Assembly (NCBI RefSeq): GCF_038025025.1
Contig: NW_027117345.1
Location: forward strand, 1,984,001-2,048,000
Reading direction: 5' to 3'
Origin: Phyllosticta citribraziliensis
Lineage: Eukaryota
Length of the DNA: 64,000 bases
The position numbers and the translations under genes are program-made. The notes under the pieces are model-generated. The model saw nothing but the letters and a program-made list of their open reading frames with translations. It was not told where the DNA came from and ran no database searches. Shown piece by piece: positions 24,510 to 34,589 of this stretch; within the stretch, counting starts at the first letter, position 1, and every line of letters begins with the position of its first letter.

Positions 24510-24516
24510 TTTTATA
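24510..24516 (-). promoter_or_regulatory. TATA box of the pectin methylesterase gene
   Basis: TATAAAA on the minus strand about 104 nt upstream of the ATG. Confidence 0.55.
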
Positions 24517-24829
24517 GATTCGAGGCAGACACGTTGGTACTCGGAATAACAGCCCTGGTTCATGCACAGACTCAGCTGTCCTATAACCAGAGGCAGGGGC
24601 AGTCGACAGATTACGGGCCGTCCAGCATTGCAGGAGAGCGACAGATCGGATCAGTCACCGCAGGCGGGCAAGGATGGAACGGGCGGGCATTTGAAACCTG
24701 GTCGTGGAAAACATGCGGCTCTTTGGACCGGACTCGAGAATACGTGCAAGCATTCGCGGGGGCGCAGGTTACCTTCGGGGCGGGCTCTTCCGTTGCTTGA
24801 ACAGTTTGTTTGGAAGCTTCGCCCATTGT

Positions 24830-24837
24830 TTGGCGGA
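24830..24837 (-). promoter_or_regulatory. Putative galacturonic-acid response element (GARE, GaaR site)
   Basis: TCCGCCAA on the minus strand matches TCCNCCAA, about 425 nt upstream of a pectinase; the motif is short, so a chance match is possible. Confidence 0.4.
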
Positions 24838-26930
24838 AAATCCAGCCCCAGGCAGACCTTGCCAAGCGGTCTGCGAAACGTCAGCGTCTGTTGAAACGAG
24901 ACATCCGGCAATGAATGGTTTTGCAAAAGCACACGCGGCCTCGCGACTGGTTGCATGGAATCACGGTGAAGTCTCAACGGTGGAGCCATTGGAGCGTTTC
25001 ACCTGGGTTGATGCCGGGCGGCCTTCCTTCGCTTGCACGGAGCATGTCTCCTTTGCATAGTACGGCCCGACGTTCCAAGTTGGTGGCCAGCAACGTCGAG
25101 TTGCAATAAAAGCGTCGGCGAGTTGAGTCAACTGATGAAGTCCTGGAGAAGAAGGTCGAGCAAGCAGGTGGTGATCATCTTGGCTCCCCGCGAGTTGGAG
25201 GGGCGCTATACGATGGTTCTGTGGGTATTTCAGGACAGATGCGGTAGGTGATGTGGTGTCTCCACCGAGCGTCAAACAGCTCTCAGGCCCGTGTTGTCAA
25301 CTGGTCAGCATCAGCAGAGCAGAGGCAACGGTAAGGATTGACATTGGAGCAGCTGAGTTGACGCGTGGGCACGCCAAGCTGTTTGTCAAGGCAGAGGTCT
25401 TGACATGTCCAAGCTGATCGCCGTCACGATGGAAAGATGGGGATGGCGATGTAATTGCGAGTGGAGTTGGGCGGAAGGCTGCGGCGTCCAGTTAGAGCCA
25501 TCTCGCTTCCAAGCGGAGGGCCAGGTACGGCTTAGCGCCCTTGCAGTGCCAAGACCTCTCCACAGTCCACCCACCGACCACCGTCGCACGCTCCATGACT
25601 CTTCTGCCACAACATCATCGCCGTCTTCTGCGTGCGCTTCTTCCATGTCGCCCATGGCCGAGCTGCCTCCGTCGTCGGTATGGCTCCGACATGGACTCCA
25701 GCCCCACATCCATTCGAGCCCGCCTGGGTATCAGCGATCCGGCGAGCGGCACCTGATGGCACTCCATGATTCATCCTCTCATCGCCCAAGGCCGACTCGC
25801 TCATTGACGCGATGCCTTCAGCGCCCGTACAGTGCCTCTTGCCGGTTGGCGGTTGACTGCAATGCTACCCGACCGCACCGCTCCTGACTCTTGTCAAGTT
25901 GCTCGCAATCCATGTTGAACCCTCCAGTAGCACCAACTCACAGGCAATCAACAACATTCCCGCTGGCTTTTCAATCGCATCATCATGCAGCCCACTCTCG
26001 ACATCGGCTTGTGTCTTGTTTCTATACCACCTTCTCGACTTCAGAACCCGACGCGGATACCACACATGCCGTAGAAGCTTTTCACAAGAACGCAACGATG
26101 AGAGTCACAAAAAAGAAGAGCACTTGGCGACTTGCTCCGCATCACTTGATTGGACATCCTGCGCGCCATTCCGCTCTCGCCCAATCTTGATCTACGTTCA
26201 ACCTTATTTCCACCCAACTCCCGGAATGTTCAAACTCAATGGCTGCACGCTATCGGCAGTTGTGCCACGAATATCCCAGTCTATACAGGCCTAGAAAGCG
26301 GATTGGGGCGATGCAAGCCATGGACTTTAGCCATGCAGTATGCGACCGCGGCACGTGCAAGTGGAGGCCCGCCAAACGACTTTTGCGACAGAGCTGAGTC
26401 TGACGCAGAACGAGGCGCCAAATGGATATAATAATCTGGCCAGTTATGAGCAGAGCTAACGAGAAAACAGAGACGGACCGGGGATGTCCGACTTGTCCAC
26501 GAGGTCTAGGCGATCCTAGTGGCGCTTCAGGTTGTCCTGTTACAGGGTCTGGCACTATGCGCCGCCCTACGACTACCGGTAGCATGAACCATACATTCCC
26601 ATGGCTTTACGAACAACCTCAGTCAGCGCAATCTTCAGCTTTGGGCGTGAAAAGCAAAGTCATGATGTGAAGTGGCGGGTCAGCCTAGAACAAGCCAAGC
26701 TGAGTTTCAATCTTGGGTTTTGCTTCTGGGGACGTTGCCGCCAAGGCAAAACCTACTTAATCTATGTTCCGTCCGGAACACTACGGCTCATTGTCCACTG
26801 AAGTCGACAATTCCTGGAAGGTGACTTTAAATACTTGCGTCTCTCCATCCGCCTATTTTTCGTCTAACCTTCGTGTCCCATGTACCCTAAAGTCAGCATC
26901 TTTGGACCCCCTGAGCATTGACTTGACAAA

Positions 26931-29315
26931 ATGGACTCAGCAGAGCGTGTGGATATGGTGATTGTCGGGGCAGGTATGAAGATTCAAAGAAAACCAGACG
27001 CCTAGTTCCTAACTTATTTTGCAGGCTTTCACGGCCTTGCCATGGCCCGAACTTATCTTTCCGTATACCCAGAGGCCTCTCTGATCATTCTCGAAGCCGG
27101 TACTTCCATCGGCGGCGTCTGGGCTCGCGATCGACTATACCCACACCTGAAGACAAACTCGGTTATGGGCTACTTTGAATTCAGCGACTTTCCCATGACA
27201 CCAGAGATATACGGTGTGCCACTGGGAAGTCACATTCCAGGGGATGCTGTCCGGCGCTATTTGGAGGACTACGCGAACCACTTCGACCTGGCCCGTCGGT
27301 GTCGCTTCAATTCGAAGCTCGAGGAAGCAGAAGATCTCCAAGAAGAGGGCTGGCTACTCAAGGTCGATGTAGGACCGTCGGATTCTACCACGAAAGAGAC
27401 CAATTTCATTCATGCCGCAAGAATGACAGTCTGCATAGGCGTCACCTCGGAGCCGAAACTGCCCACATTCCCTGGACAGGAAAACTACACTGGAAATCTA
27501 TTTCACAGCCGGGATTTCGGCCCCCAACGACACATACTCAACAAAGAGAAGACGAGGTCGGTTGCTGTCTTCGCGGGCAACAAGTCGGCATATGATGTCG
27601 TTTGGGCTTGCGCTAACGCTGGAATCAAGGTGGAATGGATATTGAGGGAGAGTGGCCACGGAGCTTGCTGGATGGGCCCTACAAGAATGACGCCGCTCAA
27701 GGTACTGGCCGAGAGTCTCGTCATGACCCGCATGATAACCTGGATGTTTCCTTGCATCTGGGGAGATGCAGACGGCTGGAACGGACCAAGACATTTTCTT
27801 CAACAGACGGATAGAGGTCGCCGATTTGTTCAGTGGTTCGCAAAGAATGTCATGCAGCACACCCTGGAGAAGAACTCCCGTTTCGAGGACCACGACGAGA
27901 CGGCCAAGTTGAGACCGTGGTACCCGCTGTTCTGGGTCGCGACCGGAAGGGGCCTGTTGAACTACGATTCGAATGTCTACGACTTTATCCGCCAGGGCAT
28001 GGTCAACGTACACATTGCCGACGTGGATGAGCTGGCAGACCGGGAAATCCACCTCTCGAACGGCACCGTCCTGGAAAACATCGACGCAATCGTCTGTTGT
28101 AGTGGATGGCAACACGGGCCCACGATGAAATTCACTCGCGGTGGCAAGGACATCAGCGCGGAGCTCGGTCTCCCACATACGCTCAGCGCCAAAGAAAACG
28201 AGGTCTACAAGCCCATGGTGGCAGAAGCCGATGCCCAGATCAAGAGCAAATTGCCCTGCCTCGTGGACCAGCCACCCGCGGCTGTCCCGCCGCACCAGGC
28301 ACAACAACAAGCCCGGGATCCCATCGACCCGTCGACAGGAACGCTCGATCATGCCTACCTTCTCCATCGCTTCATGGCACCGCCGCAGCGCGTGACGCGC
28401 AACCGCACCATCGCCTTCTCGGGCGCCACGCGCACGCCCATCACTTCCTTGCTAGCCCAGGTCCAGGCGCTCTGGATCACGGCCTTCTTCGAGCACAGCA
28501 TCGAGTCGCTAGAACCTGGCAGCAGTGCTGCCGATCTCCCGCTGACAACGCCCGACCGCACGCCGCCGGGCTCCCCAACGCGTACGACGTCGACGTCTGG
28601 CGGCTCGCCGTCGTCGTCGCGCATCTCGTCGTCCGGGACGTACGAGCTGGAGCGCGTGCATACGCCCGACAGCGCCGTCGCCTTCTCCTTCCCGTCGCCG
28701 GCCAGCCGCAAAACGTCGTCGTACCTGCAAGACCTCAAGGAAGACGAAGAAGCCACCACAGCCGCCGACAACGCAGAATCCAACTCCAGCCTCGCGCGCA
28801 ACGCCAACGACCCCATCCAAGCGCGCGCCACGTTCGAAACCATCCTGCACGCGCGCTACGGCCGCTGGCGCTACCCGCACGGCTTCGGCGCCGTCATGGC
28901 CGACCTCTTCTTCGACTGCCTGCCGCTGCTGGACCTGCTGCTGCGCGACCTGGGCCTGTCGCCGGCGCGCAAGGGCGGCGGCTGGCTGCGCGAGGCCACG
29001 TCGCACTACAGCGTCCACGACTACGCCGGCCTCGCCGACGAGTGGATGGCGGCGCAGGCGCGCAGGGACCGCGAGCTGTGGGAGACGTGTCGTGGGGTTG
29101 TTGGTGGGCGGGGGCGTAGGGGGGATGCTGATGAAAATGAAGAGGAAGAGGAGGATGTGGATGGAGATGAGGCACAGGAATATGACGGCCGCATACGCGT
29201 CGAGTTGTCGCCGCGCCAGAAGACGGCCGTCCAGCGCGCCATGGTCGGCGTTGGCCTGGCCATGGGCGGACTCACGCTGTCGCTCGGCATTGGCGTCGCT
29301 GTTGCTTTGATGTGA
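26931..29315 (+). CDS. Flavin-containing monooxygenase (FMO-like) with C-terminal hydrophobic tail
   Basis: MDSAERVDMVIVGAG|FHGL (intron 26974-27024) FAD motif; IGGVW; FPGQENYTGNLFHSRDF (FxGxxxHS-like); AGNKSAYD; DAIVCCSGW. Confidence 0.9.
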
Positions 29316-29841
29316 GAAGACGAAGCGTAAGTAACCGAAAGTTTGTTCTTTTCGCCGCTGTCTATTTTGTCTATCTGCTTTGCTTTCCTTGTTTACTACT
29401 TATCTAGACGGTCCGGCGTCTTGTCGTTGTGCTGAGCTGCTGCTGTCTGTCAAAATTTGTGGATCCGCGTATAATAGGCGGTTGTGGATATGTATATCAG
29501 ATTGATCGAAATATTTGGGACTTGGGATTTGCGATTTGGTAATCTGGGGGTTCAAGCTTGTTTTCACGATATACCTATTTCAGTGGACAAGACTCGCAAT
29601 TCCAAGGTTTACCTTGAGCGGAGTGAGTCAAGAATATCAAGTGAAAAAGGAGTAGAAGGTGAATGCAAAAGCGATAACAAAGTACAATTGTGCTACAGAA
29701 GCCACATGGGTGCCACGCGATGCCATGCCCATGCCCAGACCGCACCGCAACAACGCTCATCAGGGGAAAAAGGAAAAAGTGGCAAAGAGCGGGAATCTCT
29801 ATGAATGCAGCAGCGCCGAATGAATCAGGAGAGGTAGGAGG

Positions 29842-31026
29842 TCACAGCAAGACGCAGCTGGACTTCTGCTCGGGCTGCGAAGGCGGCGGCGCCTCGCCAG
29901 TCCCGTCCCGCGTGCCCGACGGGTCCCCAGCCACCAAGGCATCAAGCCTCTCGTACAACTCGGCCGGCTCATCAAAAACATGCCACAGGCCGCGATCGAT
30001 GCCTTCAAAGGCCTTTTCGAAGCGCTCGGGCGCCGTCTTGCTGCCATCGGAGCCGCCGGGGACCCTGCGGATGTAGATGGCGCGGATCCAGCCGGGGAAC
30101 TCTCTGCAGGTTTGGGCGTAGGCCTCGGGGTCGCGCTGGGTGCTGTCGCCGATGCAGACGAAGCGGCGGTCGGGGAAGTTGCGGTGCAGCTCGCGCATCT
30201 TGTCGCACTTGTAGCGCTCGGGCTCCTTGGTGAGGGCCAGCACGAAGGCCGACACGTCCATCCACGATGCGTTCCACAGCAGCAGCGGGCCCGGCGGGTA
30301 GTGGGCGTTGCGGAAGGCGTGCAGGAAGGGGTACAGGTTGTAGGGCGAGGCTGACAGGTACCAGACGGGCGCCTTGTCGAGCGTCTTGTGCATGTGGGCG
30401 TAGAAGGCGGGCATGCCGTCGACAGGCGTCGGCTCGTCGACAAAGGTGCTGCGCATGACGGCTCCAATGTCGCCCGTGCCTGTGATCTTGATCGTGTCGT
30501 CAATGTCCGAGATGACGGCCCAGCCCTTTGCTTCGACGTAGGTCGTCGTCATTGGATGCGTGTCGACTCCGACTGCGTGCGAGTCGACCGTGTCGCCATC
30601 TTCGGCCTTGTCAGCCTCCATAGGAATCACATTTTTGCTGACGCCGCTGCGGTCCCCTGGTCCCAGTTTCGCGTCGTGCGTGCCGCCAATGTTGATGCGG
30701 ACCGTATGGCCAGGCAGGATCTCAGTCGTCCACGGCTCGAGGCGCTTCGCAATGGTCTCTTCCGACTCGTCTCCTTGGGCCAGGTCGAGCTGGTCGGCAA
30801 TGCTGGCCACCATCTTGGTCAAGGCGCGGCGGTTGGGGTCCTTGACAAAAAACGCAGCAACGAACTCGGCCTCCCAGGTGCTGCCATCGCCGCCCTTGGG
30901 CCTGTAGGCCGTGTTGTCTTGCAACCACACGGTATGCTCGTTGGGATCCATGGGCTGCGGAAAGGGATTCCTGTTTCCAAGGTATTTGGTGGCCCTGGAC
31001 AAGGCTGAGGAGACGAGGCGTTTCAT
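29842..31026 (-). CDS. APP1-like phosphatidate phosphatase (DUF2183)
   Basis: VISDIDDTIK (DxDxT), YLSASPYNLYPFL, IGDSTQRDPEAY, IRAIYIR; C-terminal CVLL. Confidence 0.88.
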   Translation of the reverse strand: MKRLVSSALSRATKYLGNRNPFPQPMDPNEHTVWLQDNTAYRPKGGDGSTWEAEFVAAFFVKDPNRRALTKMVASIADQLDLAQGDESEETIAKRLEPWTTEILPGHTVRINIGGTHDAKLGPGDRSGVSKNVIPMEADKAEDGDTVDSHAVGVDTHPMTTTYVEAKGWAVISDIDDTIKITGTGDIGAVMRSTFVDEPTPVDGMPAFYAHMHKTLDKAPVWYLSASPYNLYPFLHAFRNAHYPPGPLLLWNASWMDVSAFVLALTKEPERYKCDKMRELHRNFPDRRFVCIGDSTQRDPEAYAQTCREFPGWIRAIYIRRVPGGSDGSKTAPERFEKAFEGIDRGLWHVFDEPAELYERLDALVAGDPSGTRDGTGEAPPPSQPEQKSSCVLL

Positions 31027-32029
31027 AGCTTTTTTCGCGTTTCACGAGACCGTCGATCTCTCTGTTCTGGCCGTCGGCTGTTTGCTTTTCTTCTCGAGCG
31101 ATGTAGGACAGGGTGGAATTCAACAGCGCGGCGGCCAGGCCACCGAGGGCGGAGATATATTGTTAAAGAGTCCATCACGTCGCTGGAGTCAGATGGCACC
31201 TTTGACAGCTGAGGCAGGCGCAGGCGCAGGCTGGGGCGATGGGAAGGAGCCGCACGCGCTGAGGTCTCTGGCGTTTATTGAGCTGGGCAAAAAGCCGACC
31301 TCAGTCGGAGAGCATGGCGAGTGAGCAGGTCTGGGTGCCATGTGAGGTCGTGATGGAAGAGGCTCTCGGTGGCTCTGGCTTGGCCGAGTCTGCACGACGC
31401 GAGGGAACCAACCGCGAGACGGAGCACGGCGCCACAACAAGGTGATGATGGCGGGAGTGTGAGATGGTCAGCGGGTGCTCGCAGGGCGAAGTGTCCCGTG
31501 ACAGGCGGTAGTCTTGGAGTCTTGGAGTCTTGGAAAGGTTCCTGGATCCTGACATAAGCCGAGTGAACCCTGGAGCTAGTCATCTAGTGCCACGTTGGTT
31601 GGTTGGTGAACCTGTTCCGTGCCTTTACGAAATCAAAGCTACATCTACTACCGACGATGCTACCAAAGGACCGACTGGCGCGCAAACACGGATTCGGTCT
31701 AGCAATGGCCGTGTCCCCCGCACGGTCGAGGGTGAGCCCCTCTCCGTCTCCCACTCTTCGCGCCCATCACGACTGTTTATCTTCCTCGCGTGCCGTCAAG
31801 AGGCGCATTAGCATTTCCAAAGGGTAGCATCCGGTGACGGTGCCGCCCACCGAGATCCCCTGGAATGTCACCTCTCAATCAATCAATCACACCGTACCTT
31901 TCCTTTCCATTGCCATGCCTCAACATATATGCTGATTCGGCCATTGTCTAGCGCCGGCCGGCACGCCGCGTCGAGCTGTGCGTTACTCTCAATTGCTCTG
32001 CCAGCCCTAGTCCCCTTGCCTGTTTGATC

Positions 32030-33958
32030 ATGGCATCTCTCTTAGCCCTCGCTTACTTGACGTTTGATTTTCTATTTCTCTTTGACCTGCCCGTCGCCAA
32101 CGCCGCTGATGCCCTGTTTAATGCGCCCCCAGGAGTCGACAGTGCGTGATCCCTTCTCCATCCAAGACCAATGCGTCTAATCGAGTAATCCAGTATGGTG
32201 TGGCAAGGCCTACCGTCCAGCGTATGACGTCTGCAAGCCTGAATCCGTGGGGCCTTCATGGTTGACCGCCCTCCAGCAACGCCTCGTTCGAGCCGGGTGG
32301 GTGGCTCTACGAGCCGGCCCGCTCAGCTGAACCACGCCTGGACGTCCAGGTGTACCCGCGGATGAACCTCTACGTCGAGACCGACACGACGGCCAGCTTC
32401 ATCGTCGACGCCAGACTGTCCCTTGTCACGGGCGAGCCGTACTACAACGGCGTGTACCACAAGGACACCAAGGAGACGACGCCCTTCGACCACCTGTACA
32501 TTGACATTTCCCTCTCAGACAGCGGCCGCTCCCTCGTGGCCGACAAGAACGTCTCGGTCAACTCGACGGCCAACGAGTTCCAGTTCTCGCTCGCCGGCAT
32601 CAAGGCCCAGCTCGAGCCGTACAACGTCACGCTCGTCGGCGCCTCGCGCGACGGCAACCAGTCGTACACGGCCACGACGCAGCTGTTCAAGCTGCCGGCC
32701 CGCACCGACGGCGGCAGCGTCGTCAAGCTGGACCGCCTGTACAACGGCCTGCAGGTGCAAGACTACCTCTCCAACAGCGACGCGTGGAGCTCCCTCTTCC
32801 CGTACTCGTTCTACGGCTCGTGGGACGGCTACTTCCAGCGCGCCATCGTCGACAATGCCAAGGCGTACAAGGAGTACGGCTACAATATCGTGCATGTAGT
32901 GCCCAATGCGGGCCTCGCCAATGAGGCCTTCAACTTCACCGAGTTCGATCTGTTCATGGATACGTGCGACGAGCTTGGGCTGTGGGTCATGTACGACATG
33001 CGGTGGACGTATAAGAACCTGTCGAGCGTCACGGAGCAGGTGAATCGGTACAAGGCGCGCAAGTCGCTGCTCCTGTGGTACACGGTAAGCCCTCCTCTCC
33101 CTGGCAGACTGTGAACGAACGACTTACCACGACGACCATCAGGCCGATGAGCCCGACGGCCAAAGCGACACGCTCAACGCCACCGTCGACACATACACGC
33201 ACATCAAATCGCTCGACGCCTACCACCCCATCTCGCTGTGCCTCAACTGCCTCAACTTCCACTACGACGCCTACTCCTCGGGCGCCGACATCATCCTCTC
33301 GGACGTGTACCCCATCGCCGTAAACACATCCTACAGCGACGTGTACGGCACGCCGTGCAACACGACCTACGGCTGCTGCGGCTGCGACGACTGCACCGGC
33401 GCCTTCGAAGACGTCTCGACGCGCCTCGACCTCTTCGCCACGTACCAGACGTGGCTGCGCCAGGAGCCCAAGGCCTTCTGGGGCGTGCCGCAGGCCTTTG
33501 GCAACGAGACGTTCTGGAGCCGCTACCCGACCGACGCCGAGGAGGCCGTCATGGCGCTGCTCAGCGTCAACCATGGCGCGACTGGCATCGTGGCGTGGGA
33601 CTGGCCTACCCAGCCCGACATCGTGACTGTCACGGCCGGCCTGGCGAAGGCGCTGACCGCCGCCGATGTCGCCGACTTGCTGCTCGCCGCGCGGGCGGCG
33701 CCGTTGGTGGTGACGGGCCGCGAGCGCGTCGACGCGGCTGCGTGGCGCGTTGGCGGGAAGATGCTGGTCAGCGTCGTCAGTTTGGAGTACGAGGACACGC
33801 CCGAGAGCGTCAGCATCGCGCTGCCGGTTGCGGCGAGCGGGAGCAGCACCAAGTGGGGGCCGGGCGGGTGGACGGTGAGCGGGTCGACTTTGTCGAAGCA
33901 GGGGCTGCAGGCATTGGAGGTGGACGTGCTCGTGTTGGATGTCGTTGCTGGCGCGTAG
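32030..33958 (+). CDS. Uncharacterised secreted protein with glycoside hydrolase-like catalytic region
   Basis: Exons 32030-32141, 32194-32221, 32277-33084, 33143-33958 splice in frame; hydrophobic leader; WCGKAY; LWVMYDMR; LWYTADEPDG; Cys cluster PCNTTYGCCGCDDC; many N-x-S/T sites. The GH assignment is by resemblance only. Confidence 0.75.
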
Positions 33959-34589
33959 GTAGTCGATGAGATGAGATAGCATCCAGCCGTAAGTGAGCGA
34001 GCGAGCAGAGAAGGAAAGCATGCGGGCTCTGCTGTTGCGAGACTCTGTCTGGTTTGGATATATTAGTTTGAGGCCGTGTACTGTATCTCACTGTGTAGAT
34101 CGTATCAACTGTACACACGTCTTGACAGAAATTCATTTGAATCACACCCAAAACCCGCTTCATCTCACTTGCGCATAACAGCACCCCAAAAATGCAGTCA
34201 GACTCCTTTTTCGTCAAACTCTCTTCTAAGCCTGCCTACCAGCCCGGCGCGCGAATACAAGGAGAAAACCAAGAAACTGCTCGTTGCCATCTTCGTCTTA
34301 TTTGTTGTCGTTACAATAGAGCGAAAGCTCTGCAATCCAAGGAAAGAAAGCGGGTTTCCAAAAGGCCAGAACCAACATCGGCAGTAAGTGTTGTAGCTGT
34401 ATCTGTTGCTTGGAATAGAGCAAAATATTTGTCTGTGAGGCCGAGCGGGTTGTACGGATTCGAAGTTCGAAGGCGTCTGTATGCCGGTCTGGCCAGGGCG
34501 CGGCGGTTATTCATGTTGCTGTAAAGGACATCTCTCATCTCTCATCTCCGCTTTCTTCTCGCCAGGGACCCAAAAGAAATCGTCATCGT

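Noticed and set aside
24900..26900. Many short overlapping ORFs between the pectin methylesterase and FMO
   Set aside because: No recognisable domains or consistent exon structure; treated as divergent promoter DNA.
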